In this document: positions 30,561-40,064 of the stretch, piece after piece
Position numbering within the stretch: position 1 is the stretch's first letter
Layout of the letters: each line of letters opens with the position of its first letter
Source: Abditibacterium sp.
GTDB lineage: Bacteria; Armatimonadota; Abditibacteriia; Abditibacteriales; Abditibacteriaceae
Assembly: GCA_965246885.1 (NCBI GenBank)
Contig: OZ251992.1
Coordinates: forward strand, 1,856,001-1,920,000
Length of the DNA stretch: 64,000 nt
Direction: 5' to 3'
Translations under genes and position numbers: made by a program
The notes under the pieces: model-generated
Told to the model about the DNA's origin: nothing
What the model saw: the letters and a program-made list of their open reading frames with translations, nothing else
Database searches by the model: none

Positions 30561-31967
30561 TTACATCCGTTGTTTAAGCGGCAGTAGGATTGTGAAAGTG
30601 GTGCCCACGCCCAGTTCGCTTTGTACGGCGACGTGACCGCGATGGCGGCGCACGATGTCGGCGACGATGCGCGTTCCTAAACCCGTCCCCCCCGGTTTAG
30701 TGGAGATGGCTTCGTCGGAAAACAGCGCTCCGCGCACTTCGGGCGTCATGCCGCGCCCGGTGTCGGCGACTTCGATGATGAAGCTGTCTTCTTGTGGCCC
30801 TAATCGGCGCGTGCGCAGGCACACCACGCCGCCTTCGGGCGTTTCGGGGATGGCGTTGCTAACGAGGTTGTACAGAGCGTTATAAATCAGCTTGTGGTCT
30901 ATCTCGGCGGGCGGAAGCGTCATGTCGAAGTCAGGCGCCAAGTCCACTTGGCAGTCGTGGGCGACCAAGCGGAGCGCGGCAATCACTTCGAGGCAGACGG
31001 AGTGAATGTCCTCTTCGACAAAGCGCGGCGGGGCCGAAACGCCCTTCACCGCGTCGGCGATCTCTTTGGTGCGGATTTGCACGCGCTCGGCGGCGTCGAG
31101 GGCGTTTTGCAAAATCCACTCGTACTCCTCGCGCGCCATTTGCGTGGCTCCCATCACGCGGTCGCGCCACTCGGTGGGCATGTGGGCGCACTCGGTTTCA
31201 AGGGCTTGCCACGTTTGGCGCAGGAGTGGGTCGAGCGTCCACACGCCAGTTTGGATGGGCGTGAGCATGTTCTTGATGTCGTGGGACACATCGCCGATCA
31301 GGTTCACCATCGCCGCTTTGCGCGCGCCCTGTTCGAGCCGCGCGTTTTCGATGGCAATGGCCGCCTGCCCCGCGACTACGCTCAGTACTTCGAGGTCGTA
31401 AGAGTCGTAGTTCTCCGAGAAGTTGAGCACCTGCATGACGCCGATGGGCGAGTGGCCGGGACGCTTAATCGGGACGGTCGCCATGCTTTGCGTCACAAAG
31501 CCGGTTTGCGCGTCCACGTCGCGGTTGAACTCCGAGGAGTTCTGCACATCGCCCGTGATGTCGGGCATCCCCGACCGAAACACGCGGCCCGAAATGCCCT
31601 GCGAGGCGGGCATGGTGAAGCCGAGCAGCCGTTCCGAGGCGGGGCCGACGACGTAGCGAAACACGAGATGGTCGCGCGTCGGGTCGTGCATTTGAATCGA
31701 ACCCGCGCCCGCGCCGACGGTTTCCATCGCAATGACGAGCGTTTGGCGGATGAGCGATTCGGTGGAGTGCTGGGCGAACAGCGCCGCCGAAGAGCGGCTC
31801 ATCGCCTCGATTTGGCGCTCGCGGTGCTCCAAAGCGCGGCGGAACTCCTCCAAGGAAGTGGGCGGCGTCGGGGGCGCGATGCCGTCCGTCGCTGGCGCGG
31901 CAACGGTGGACGCGGCTCCATCGAGCGAAGCGGGTGAGGGAACGTCGGGTGGAGAAGAGAAGCGCAC
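30561..31967 (-). CDS. GAF-domain sensor histidine kinase (cytoplasmic, no adjacent response regulator)
   Basis: GAF (GFVTQSMATVP, QAAIAIENARL), H-box SHDIKNMLTP, NLVSNA, DTGRG, GTGLG. Start approximate. Confidence 0.9.
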   Translation of the reverse strand: MRFSSPPDVPSPASLDGAASTVAAPATDGIAPPTPPTSLEEFRRALEHRERQIEAMSRSSAALFAQHSTESLIRQTLVIAMETVGAGAGSIQMHDPTRDHLVFRYVVGPASERLLGFTMPASQGISGRVFRSGMPDITGDVQNSSEFNRDVDAQTGFVTQSMATVPIKRPGHSPIGVMQVLNFSENYDSYDLEVLSVVAGQAAIAIENARLEQGARKAAMVNLIGDVSHDIKNMLTPIQTGVWTLDPLLRQTWQALETECAHMPTEWRDRVMGATQMAREEYEWILQNALDAAERVQIRTKEIADAVKGVSAPPRFVEEDIHSVCLEVIAALRLVAHDCQVDLAPDFDMTLPPAEIDHKLIYNALYNLVSNAIPETPEGGVVCLRTRRLGPQEDSFIIEVADTGRGMTPEVRGALFSDEAISTKPGGTGLGTRIVADIVRRHRGHVAVQSELGVGTTFTILLPLKQRM

Positions 31968-32052
31968 GGCAGGAGGAAATCTTGAGAAAGGTTTACCTAT
32001 AACGCGCGGTGCGTGCGAGGGGTGCCCTAACGTTGCTTTCCGCTTTAAGGGT

Positions 32053-32742
32053 TTAACCTTGTGATGAATCTCCCAAGCGGCGAATTGGCTTGAGATAAAC
32101 CGTCTCGCGTCCAGCCAGCCAGTCGCTGTTGACGCCCTCGACGCCCAGCACTTTGTCCCAACTGCGCTCGAAGCAATGGGCCGCGTCGGGGAAGCGCGCG
32201 GAGAGTTCAAGGGCGCGCCCCCAGAACTTGATGGGACGGGCGCGAATCAGGGCGCGCGAAACGGCAAACTGCCCGCCCAGCCGAAAGGTATAGGTATCCG
32301 GCCCATCGCTTCCAAACAACGCGCGGTGAAAGGCGCCCATGCCAAGAGCGCGCCCGTCCTCGTTCTTGCTCCAGCCCCGGAACAAGCGCGCGCCGTTCGC
32401 ATCGTCGGTGTCTATGATATGCCCGAACCACTCGAACGACGCAATTTCGTCTGGCGCTTCGGCCATGCGGCGCAATGTCGCGTGGAAGTCGAAAGCGTGG
32501 TCGAAGGGATGCCCTTGGCAAAACACCGTCCAATCGGCGAGGGAATCGTAGCGCGCGCAGATGAAGTGCAAGTAGGACTGGGCTTCGCGCCCGACGTTGG
32601 GCAAGCGGACGGCGCCGGGCCAAGGGGCGTCGGGGTGCTTGTCGAGGACGGTGCGCGCGAAGGCGGGCGGCACGCGGCGTAGCCAGTTCAGCGCTTCGCC
32701 GTAACGAGCGACAACCAGTTCGAGGGAACTTCTTTGCTCCAT
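32053..32742 (-). CDS. DUF3431-like protein
   Basis: LELVVARYGEALNW, LPNVGREAQSYLHFI, TVFCQGHPFDH, GGQFAVSR, HCFERSW. Confidence 0.75.
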   Translation of the reverse strand: MEQRSSLELVVARYGEALNWLRRVPPAFARTVLDKHPDAPWPGAVRLPNVGREAQSYLHFICARYDSLADWTVFCQGHPFDHAFDFHATLRRMAEAPDEIASFEWFGHIIDTDDANGARLFRGWSKNEDGRALGMGAFHRALFGSDGPDTYTFRLGGQFAVSRALIRARPIKFWGRALELSARFPDAAHCFERSWDKVLGVEGVNSDWLAGRETVYLKPIRRLGDSSQG

Positions 32743-32760
32743 ATGATACAGTAAAGGGTG

Positions 32761-33093
32761 ATGAAACACTTGCTCTTGCTTGGCGCCCTTGCCGCCACCA
32801 CGCTGATCGCCGTCGCCGCGCCTAAAACCGCCGCTCCCGCCCCCAAAGCTCCCGCCAAGGTCGCGCCCAAACCCGCGCTCAAAACCTTGAGCTACTGCCC
32901 CATCTCCGGCGAGAAGTTGCCCGCTAAGAAGCAGGGCGCCACCACTTACAAGGGCTACAACATCGCTTTCTGCTGCCCCGGTTGCCCCGAAGAGTTCAAG
33001 GCCCTTAGTCCCAAAGAAAAGGACGCCAAAATCGCGGCCATCGTCGCCAAGCAAGCCAAAGCTGAAGCCAAGCCCGCCGGAAAAAAGGCGTAA
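32761..33093 (+). CDS. Secreted YHS/TRASH-like metal-binding protein
   Basis: Signal peptide, CPISG...YKG..IAFCCPGC. Confidence 0.75.
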   Translation: MKHLLLLGALAATTLIAVAAPKTAAPAPKAPAKVAPKPALKTLSYCPISGEKLPAKKQGATTYKGYNIAFCCPGCPEEFKALSPKEKDAKIAAIVAKQAKAEAKPAGKKA

Positions 33094-33129
33094 ATCCCTT
33101 TTTGCGCCGCCCGTGTTAAAATGGGCGGC

Positions 33130-33669
33130 GTGAAAACCTTCTTCCTGCTGGTTTGCCTCGTGATTCCAAGTGGGGGCGCGTGGGCGTGCGAAAATGGCGA
33201 AGCGCCGCCCCCGCCCCCTTCGTCCACGCCTTCTATGTCGTCTTCCGCTCCCGCCGCTCACCGCGCGCCCAAACCCGCCGTCGTCGCCCAACTCGAAACG
33301 CTTGTGGACGGCTTGCAAATGCCGTCCGAAACCGACGCGCCCATTCACGTTTTTTGGACGCCCGACGCGCCCGAAGAACCCAAGGCCGCCGACCTTGCCC
33401 GCCTGAGCGGAACGCCCATCAAAGCTGGCGCCCCCGTCGAGATGCGCACCTTGTCCGACCTGCTCGACGGCCCCGCCCAAGAAGAGGACTGGATGCGCGA
33501 CGACGACAAGAAGACCGCGCGCCGCTTCGCCGCCCTGCGTGCCTTCTTAGAAGCCAACTTCGCTGAAATCGAAGTCGTCGCGTGGGGCGATACCGAGAAA
33601 CAAATCGTCGTCGCCGGACGGGTCGAGGGCGGCTACGCCGGGTTCGTCACCCTCATCGTGGAAACGTAA
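33130..33669 (+). CDS. Nuclease A inhibitor (NuiA) family protein with N-terminal signal peptide
   Basis: GLQMPSETDAP, EEDW, 'ARRFAALRAFL', C-terminal G..TLIVET; convergent with a NucA-like gene. Confidence 0.8.
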   Translation: MKTFFLLVCLVIPSGGAWACENGEAPPPPPSSTPSMSSSAPAAHRAPKPAVVAQLETLVDGLQMPSETDAPIHVFWTPDAPEEPKAADLARLSGTPIKAGAPVEMRTLSDLLDGPAQEEDWMRDDDKKTARRFAALRAFLEANFAEIEVVAWGDTEKQIVVAGRVEGGYAGFVTLIVET

Positions 33670-33695
33670 GAGAGCATAAGTGAAGTCGAGAAAAC

Positions 33696-33775
33696 CGTCA
33701 TCCTGAGCTTGCGAAGGAGCCATAGCGACTGCACGGATGGCGTTACTATAGATCCTTCGCAAGCTCAAGATGACG
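33696..33775. repeat. Palindromic element, family 2, copy 2
   Basis: CGTCATCCTGAGCTTGCGAAGGA pairs with TCCTTCGCAAGCTCAAGATGACG; same arm consensus as 30447-30542. Confidence 0.85.
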
Positions 33776-33824
33776 AAACTGGCGCTTTTGCCCGCTTTCC
33801 CGACACGTCTCCTAACGGCGCGAT

Positions 33825-34697
33825 TCAACTTTCCGTATCAATCTTTGCTTCGAGGGCGTGCTTCGTCTGCGCGGGCAGGGCGGCGAACAGATCGAGGTGC
33901 GTTGCGCCCTCCACTTGTTTAGGCGTTACCAAATACGACCGCCAATCTGCCGTTTCGAGGCTTTTGTCGTCGGTATTGGGCATCACGACGGCGATAACGC
34001 GCGAGTTCCCATTGATGCGCGCCAAGTCGTTCGTGCCGTTGGGCAGAATAAGCGCCACTTTCCAGCACGCTTGGGGCACTACGACCGCGCCTGAGGCGAT
34101 AGTTCCTGCCGTTCCTGCTGGCCCCGCCACTTCATAGACCTCGTTGCCCGCCCGCACTTGCTCGCGCAGATAGCTTTCCAACTTCTCCCAGACGTGGCGG
34201 TTCAGGGCGGCGGTTTGGGGCAGCATATTGGACATGCAAAAAGTCGCGTCGTTGTTCTCGCGCGAGTCCGTCCGGTCGCCTGAGGGACTCACATGGCCCT
34301 TGTCATAGCCGGAGTTTTTGTAGTCGGACGGCAGAATCTGCCAATCACTGGGCAGGGCCGGGTCGGGGTGGAACTGCCCCCGGCTAACACTGCCTAAGTC
34401 CGACTCATCCGTGTGCCACGCCACCCAGTTCGGCCCGCCGTTGCGCCGGTTGTAGGAGAGCGTGTACTGCGGCTTTTGAACAAGGAAGTTGTTCGCGTCC
34501 GTCGCGGCGCCACTGGGGTTGCCGAGCAGCAAATTCCCCTCGTTCGAGGAGCCGCTCACCGGGCCACCGGACGGAACCGACGACCCGCCCGATGGCGGAA
34601 GAGAAGGAGGAGGCGCGCTTTGTTGGCTTTGATTGCGGCATCCAGCGAGAGCGAGGAGCGCGAAGGCGGCGCAAATGCAGAGAATGCGGCGGTTCAT
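33825..34697 (-). CDS. DNA/RNA non-specific endonuclease (NucA-like) lipoprotein
   Basis: Lipobox LALAGC, LLLGNPS, PNWVAW, YDKGH (DRGH-type), NMLPQ, W..LE. Confidence 0.9.
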   Translation of the reverse strand: MNRRILCICAAFALLALAGCRNQSQQSAPPPSLPPSGGSSVPSGGPVSGSSNEGNLLLGNPSGAATDANNFLVQKPQYTLSYNRRNGGPNWVAWHTDESDLGSVSRGQFHPDPALPSDWQILPSDYKNSGYDKGHVSPSGDRTDSRENNDATFCMSNMLPQTAALNRHVWEKLESYLREQVRAGNEVYEVAGPAGTAGTIASGAVVVPQACWKVALILPNGTNDLARINGNSRVIAVVMPNTDDKSLETADWRSYLVTPKQVEGATHLDLFAALPAQTKHALEAKIDTES

Positions 34698-34733
34698 GGT
34701 GCCTCCAGTTTGACGCCGCGCTAAAATCAAGGC

Positions 34734-36914
34734 GTGAATCCGCTTTTCTGGCAGTTCCCCTTGCCGCGTCCGCATTGCGGCGTGCCGCTTGCCAACGGAA
34801 CCTTGGGTGTCCTCGTGTGGGGCGACGACGTGCTGTATCTTACAGTTGCCCATGCCGGTTTTTGGGATAGGCGCGCGTCGCGGCCCTTTGGCGCCCGCGC
34901 CACCTTTGCGCGCGTGCGGGAGTTGTGGGAAAGCGGCCAAGAAGCGCAACTGCGCGCCCTTTTCGCCGAAGACAACCAGCCGGGGCTACCGCCGCGCCCG
35001 CAACAAATCGGCGGCGGTCGCTTGGAAATCCGCTTCGCGGAAGGCTTCGCGCCGCGCAGTGCGGCGCTTCACTTGGAGCGTGGGCAACTGGAAGTCCATC
35101 TGGAAGCGCCCAATGGTGCGCGCCGGAGCGTGACCGTATGGGTGCATCCCGACGCGTCCGTGTGCGTTCTCGAAGGCGCCGACGATGCGCACTTCACCCT
35201 GCGCCCGACGTGGGAATGGATCGGGCCTCAATTGGAGCAGTGGGGCTTCGAGCCGCCACGCACGCTCGACATCGCGGACGGCGGCGGCTTCGTGCAAGAC
35301 GTGCCCGACAACGAGGCGCTCGCGCTCGTGTGGCGGCGCGGCGAGAGGGTTCTCATTGGCGCCGCGTTGGGTGACGACCCCGAAGCCGCCGCCAAGCGCG
35401 CCGTCCAAAACGCGCGGCAGTTGCCCGACACGGGGGCGCAGTTCTTCTGGAACGCTTATTGGCGCGACGTGCCAACAGTCGAGTTGCCCGACGCGGAACT
35501 GAACCGCAAATGGTGGCTGGGTCTGTGGAAGCAAGCGGGGCTGACGGCGCCGGGGGGTGTGGCCGCGACGCTGCAAGGGCCTTGGATGGAGGAGTATCAG
35601 CTACCGCCTTGGAGCAACGACTACCATTTCAATATCAACGTCCAGCTTATCTATTATCCGGCGCTGATGACGAACCGCTTGGAGCACTTTGCGCCGCTCT
35701 GGGCTTTAATCCGCGAGTGGATGCCGACGCTGCGCGCGAGCGGCGAAGCGTTCTTCGGGCGCGCTGGCGTGCTGATGCTGCCGCACGCGGTGGATGACCG
35801 GTGCGGCGTCGTCGGGCAGTTTTGGACGGGCACGATAGACCACGCTTGCACTGCGTGGGTGGCGCAAATGGCGTGGCTCCACTACCGTTATGGGTTGGAC
35901 GAAAAGCACCTGCGCGAGGTCGCGTGGCCCTTGCTCAACGGCGCGTTTGAGGGCTACTGGGCGATGGGCGAGGAGACCGAAGACGGCATCTTGTCACTGC
36001 CGATGAGCGTGAGTCCCGAATATCGCGGCGACGCCATGAACGCGGCGGGGCGCGACGCCTCGTTTCAACTGGCGGCGTGGCACATGGTCGCGCAAATCCT
36101 GCCGCGCGCCGCCGCCGTTTTGGGCGAAGCCGTTGACCCGCGCTGGCAAGAAGTCGAAGACCGCTTGCCGCTTTGGTCAACGGTCGAAATTCCCTCCGCC
36201 CGCTCGCCGCGCCCCCGGCGCATCGCGCTTTGGGAAGAATTGGAACTGGAAGAGTCGCACCGCCATCACGCGCACTTGGCGGCGATTTGGCCGTTCTGCT
36301 CGGTTGACCCGTTCGACCATGCGCAGGTCGTCGCCCAATCCATTTCGTTTTGGAACAAGGTGGGCGCGGGCGAGTGGACGGGCTGGTGCTTGCCTTGGGC
36401 TGCCATCCTTTGCGCGCGCTTCGACTTGCCCGATGCCGCCGTCGCGTGGCTGGGCTGGCTCGATCACTACACCAACGTCGGCGGCGGCACGCGGCACAAC
36501 GCCGACTTCGCAGGCGCGGGCGCGTGGGACAACGGCGAGATGTGGGACAGAAAGCCCTACGCCGAGGAAGCCGAGATCATGCAAGCCGACGCCGCACTGG
36601 GCGTTTTAATCGCCGTTTGCGAACTGCTCGTCCAAAACCGGGGCGAGGTCGTCCACGTCCTGCCCAAAATCCCGCGCAAGTGGAAGCGGCTCCATTTCGA
36701 TGGCATCCGCACCGAGGGCGCCTTCCTCGTCGGCGCGACGGTCGAGGGTGGGCGCACCGTCGAAGTGCGCGTCCGCTCCGAACGCGGTGGGGTGCTCAAA
36801 CTCGCGCACGGCTTGGGCATAGAGTTCCTCGTGGACGGCGAAGCGGCGCGCGGCGCCGTATGGGAGCGGAAGATGCGCGCGGGTGAAGAGGGAGTGTTGA
36901 GCCGTCAACGGTAA
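34734..36914 (+). CDS. Glycoside hydrolase family 95-like (alpha-L-fucosidase-like)
   Basis: GVPLANG, ATLQGPW, PPWSNDYHFNINVQLIY, SVSPEY, SHRHHAHL. Confidence 0.8.
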   Translation: MNPLFWQFPLPRPHCGVPLANGTLGVLVWGDDVLYLTVAHAGFWDRRASRPFGARATFARVRELWESGQEAQLRALFAEDNQPGLPPRPQQIGGGRLEIRFAEGFAPRSAALHLERGQLEVHLEAPNGARRSVTVWVHPDASVCVLEGADDAHFTLRPTWEWIGPQLEQWGFEPPRTLDIADGGGFVQDVPDNEALALVWRRGERVLIGAALGDDPEAAAKRAVQNARQLPDTGAQFFWNAYWRDVPTVELPDAELNRKWWLGLWKQAGLTAPGGVAATLQGPWMEEYQLPPWSNDYHFNINVQLIYYPALMTNRLEHFAPLWALIREWMPTLRASGEAFFGRAGVLMLPHAVDDRCGVVGQFWTGTIDHACTAWVAQMAWLHYRYGLDEKHLREVAWPLLNGAFEGYWAMGEETEDGILSLPMSVSPEYRGDAMNAAGRDASFQLAAWHMVAQILPRAAAVLGEAVDPRWQEVEDRLPLWSTVEIPSARSPRPRRIALWEELELEESHRHHAHLAAIWPFCSVDPFDHAQVVAQSISFWNKVGAGEWTGWCLPWAAILCARFDLPDAAVAWLGWLDHYTNVGGGTRHNADFAGAGAWDNGEMWDRKPYAEEAEIMQADAALGVLIAVCELLVQNRGEVVHVLPKIPRKWKRLHFDGIRTEGAFLVGATVEGGRTVEVRVRSERGGVLKLAHGLGIEFLVDGEAARGAVWERKMRAGEEGVLSRQR

Positions 36915-36950
36915 GGACGCGCTCCCGCTTCCTGTGCTACATTGTCCGGC

Positions 36951-37760
36951 ATGAAACGCGCGCGCTTGCCCGATGGCACCCCGCTTTGGAGCGATGCCCC
37001 CTTGGGTGTGACCACTGTCTGGGACGAGATCAGCTCCTACTTTGCGGAAGGGGAGGCGGTACGCGCGGGTGAGGTAGTCTTCGATGTCGGAGCCAACATC
37101 GGCCTCTTCTCGCTCGCGGCGTGGCGGCAAAGCGGGGGCGGCGCGCAGATTTACAGCTTCGAGCCGATCCCCGCCACGCACGCCGTTCTCGCGGCCAACG
37201 CCCGCCTCTTCGACCCTATGGGGACAAGCTGGCACACGGTGCGCGCCGGGTTGGGCGCGCGGGTTGAACTGGCGCGGCTGCATTACTTCCCCCGCCTGAG
37301 CGTCCTGTCGGGGAGCATGCGCGGCTCCGGTCAAGCGCGCTGCGAGTTCGATGAACTCTTAGCAGGCGTGCGCATCGGCGCGCCATTCGGTTTCCTCAAC
37401 GCCATTCCGCGCCCCGTGCGCCGTGCTTTGGGCGCCCTCGTTGGTGTGTGGGCGCTTCGCACCCGCCCCATCGCCGCGCCCATCTGGACATTGTCGGACG
37501 CGCTTGACCGCTTGGGCGTCGCGCGCGTGGACTGGCTCAAGATAGACGTCGAAGGCGCTGAATTCGACGTGTTGCGCGGCGTCTCGCCCGACGACTGGCC
37601 CCGTATCGCGCGCGTCATTCTCGAAGCCGAATCCGACGAAGCGGCCCGCGCCGCCGTTACTCTGCTCAAAAGCGCGGGCTTTTCCGTCGCCGTGCGCCCT
37701 AATACCGTCTTTCAAAACGAGCGCCTCCAACTGCTCTTTGCCCGCCGCCCCTTAAGATAG
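36951..37760 (+). CDS. FkbM-family SAM methyltransferase
   Basis: VFDVGANIGLFS, YSFEP, LKIDVEGAEFDVLRG. Confidence 0.9.
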   Translation: MKRARLPDGTPLWSDAPLGVTTVWDEISSYFAEGEAVRAGEVVFDVGANIGLFSLAAWRQSGGGAQIYSFEPIPATHAVLAANARLFDPMGTSWHTVRAGLGARVELARLHYFPRLSVLSGSMRGSGQARCEFDELLAGVRIGAPFGFLNAIPRPVRRALGALVGVWALRTRPIAAPIWTLSDALDRLGVARVDWLKIDVEGAEFDVLRGVSPDDWPRIARVILEAESDEAARAAVTLLKSAGFSVAVRPNTVFQNERLQLLFARRPLR

Positions 37761-37878
37761 GTGTAGCAAACCCGCGCGTGGGTCGGGGCGCTTCGCTTCA
37801 GGCTGCTTCGGATTCCCCGTCGGTTTGTGACGATTTATGTCTTGCAGGTGAATAGCATATGGTGTACGATTGCCTCGT

Positions 37879-40056
37879 ATGAAACGACCCGCTTTCTTGG
37901 CATTTTTCGCCTCCCCCACTCCAAAATGGGGGGCGAGGAGGGCTGCATTATTTGCAGTGGCGCTGTGCTTAGGGATGGCGACCGCCGTTTGTGCCGCCTC
38001 TGTTCCTTTTGGCGCGAAGGTGGATTACGGCGCTGGCTCCACCCCGCAGTCGGTGGCCGTTGGCGACTTCAACGGCGATGGCAACCCCGACCTCGCCGTT
38101 CCCAACAGTGGCAGCGGCACCGTCTCCATCTTGTTGGGCAACGGCAACGGCACCTTCGCCGCGAAGGTGGATTACGGTGTCGGCTCTACCCCGCAGTCGG
38201 TGGCCGTTGGCGACTTCAACGGCGATGGCAACCCCGACCTCGCCGTTCCCAACAGTGGCAGCGGCACCGTCTCCATCTTGTTGGGCAACGGCAACGGCAC
38301 CTTCGCCGCGAAGGTGGATTACGGTGTCGGCTCTACCCCGCAGTCGGTGGCCATCGGCGACTTCAACGGCGACGGCAAAATTGACGTGGCCGTTCCCAAC
38401 GACGGGGACAATACGGTGTCGGTGCTATTGGGCAACGGCAACGGCACCTTTGGCGCGAAGGTGGATTACGGCGCTGGCTCTACCCCGCAGTCGGTGGCCG
38501 TTGGCGACTTCAACGGCGATGGCAACCCCGACCTCGCCGTCGCCAACAACGGTGATAATACGGTCTCGGTGCTATTGGGCAAAGGCGATGGCACCTTCTC
38601 GACCAAAGCGGATTACGGTGTCGGCTCTTTTCCCGCCGCCCTCGTCGTCGGCGACTTCAACCGCGATGGCAGTATCGACCTCGCTGTAGTCAACAATGGT
38701 GACAACACGGTGTCGGTGCTATTGGGCAAAGGCAATGGCACCTTTGGCGTCAATGTCTCTTACCCTACTGGCTCCGGCCCTTTCTTCGTCGCCGTCGGCG
38801 ATTTGAACCGTGACGGCAGTTCCGACCTTGTTGTCGCCAACTCGAACAACGACACCCTTTCGGCGCTGTTAGGTAAAGGAGACGGCACTTTTGGCGCCAA
38901 GACCGATTATGGCACCGGCTCCGGCCCCCAATCGGTCGCTGTGGGCGATTTTAACCGCGACGGCAATCTTGACCTCGTGACAGCCAACTTGAAGGGCAAC
39001 ACTGTTTCGGTGTTGCTCAGCAGTCTGTCCCCGGCGGCACCAAGCGGCGCCGTCATTAGTCAATTCCGCTTGGCCGGGCCAAATGGCCCAACGGATGAGT
39101 TCATCGAGTTGGCAAACACCACTGCGTCGGCGCTCCTCCTCGACGGGTGGAGCGTGGCGGCGGGCGGCGTTACCGTCCCCATCAGTGGCAGCCTCCCGGC
39201 AGGCGGGCATTTGTTGCTCGCCAATTCCGGCGGCTACTCCTTGGGCGCCATTGCAACGGGCGATGTGTCCTACACCGGAGACATTCCCACTAACAGCCCG
39301 CTCACCCTCAAAAACGCGGCGGGTACCGCCGTTGACAGCGTGAGCGACCTTTCCGCTACCGCTGCTCCCACGTCCGCCACCGCGCAGTACGCTTATCTGC
39401 GTCGCCTTGAAACGGGTGCCCCGGCCAAGACTGGCAATGACTCCACCGACTTCAACCTCGCCGATACTGCCGCGAACGCCAGCACCGCTGCCGCATCGGG
39501 CGTTGGCACTCTGACTGCCGCGCGCTTGGGAAGCCCCAATCCCCACAACACCGCCAGCACTGTTCAGCGCAATGACGGAATTAGCAACAGCCCGCTTAAC
39601 ATCGGCTCGGTTTATACCGCCGCCCGTTACGCGAGCAAGGGGAGCGGCGTTGACTCCAAAGGTCGCTTGTCCATCCGCCGCACCATCACCAACAGCACCG
39701 GTGCCGCCGTTTCCAAGTTGCGCTTTCGTGTTGTCGCGATAACCGGCGGCGCCAGCGGCACGGCGGGCGTCGCCGATTTGCGCGCCATTTCGTCGGGCGG
39801 CGTGCGCTACTACGACAATACCCACACCATCCAACGCGCCGCATACGGCATGACCTTGGACGCGCCTACCACGCCTAACGAAGCGCCGCTCACTTCCAGT
39901 TCGAGCGGCAAGGGGGGGGGCCTGAACGCTTCATGGACGGCGCAACTTCCGGGTGGTACCCTCGCTGCAGGCGCCAGTGTGAACGTCGAGTTCCTGTTTG
40001 GCATCCAAGCCGAGGGCAAGTTTCGCATCGTCGTGGACGCCGAAGTGCTGCCCTAA
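37879..40056 (+). CDS. Secreted FG-GAP/VCBS seven-repeat beta-propeller protein with lamin-tail-like domain
   Basis: Signal peptide; seven 49-aa repeats with GDFNGDG.PDL; then VISQFR...DEFIELAN. Confidence 0.88.
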   Translation: MKRPAFLAFFASPTPKWGARRAALFAVALCLGMATAVCAASVPFGAKVDYGAGSTPQSVAVGDFNGDGNPDLAVPNSGSGTVSILLGNGNGTFAAKVDYGVGSTPQSVAVGDFNGDGNPDLAVPNSGSGTVSILLGNGNGTFAAKVDYGVGSTPQSVAIGDFNGDGKIDVAVPNDGDNTVSVLLGNGNGTFGAKVDYGAGSTPQSVAVGDFNGDGNPDLAVANNGDNTVSVLLGKGDGTFSTKADYGVGSFPAALVVGDFNRDGSIDLAVVNNGDNTVSVLLGKGNGTFGVNVSYPTGSGPFFVAVGDLNRDGSSDLVVANSNNDTLSALLGKGDGTFGAKTDYGTGSGPQSVAVGDFNRDGNLDLVTANLKGNTVSVLLSSLSPAAPSGAVISQFRLAGPNGPTDEFIELANTTASALLLDGWSVAAGGVTVPISGSLPAGGHLLLANSGGYSLGAIATGDVSYTGDIPTNSPLTLKNAAGTAVDSVSDLSATAAPTSATAQYAYLRRLETGAPAKTGNDSTDFNLADTAANASTAAASGVGTLTAARLGSPNPHNTASTVQRNDGISNSPLNIGSVYTAARYASKGSGVDSKGRLSIRRTITNSTGAAVSKLRFRVVAITGGASGTAGVADLRAISSGGVRYYDNTHTIQRAAYGMTLDAPTTPNEAPLTSSSSGKGGGLNASWTAQLPGGTLAAGASVNVEFLFGIQAEGKFRIVVDAEVLP
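38008..39021 (+). repeat. Seven intragenic 147-nt repeats (units 1-4 highly similar)
   Basis: 38041-38205 is repeated essentially identically at 38188-38352. Confidence 0.9.
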
Positions 40057-40064
40057 ACCGGAAC

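Noticed and set aside
32743..33480. 475-aa ORF 32053-33480 as one protein
   Set aside because: DUF3431-like motifs begin at ATG 32742; the upstream part is antisense to the YHS-like and NuiA-like genes.
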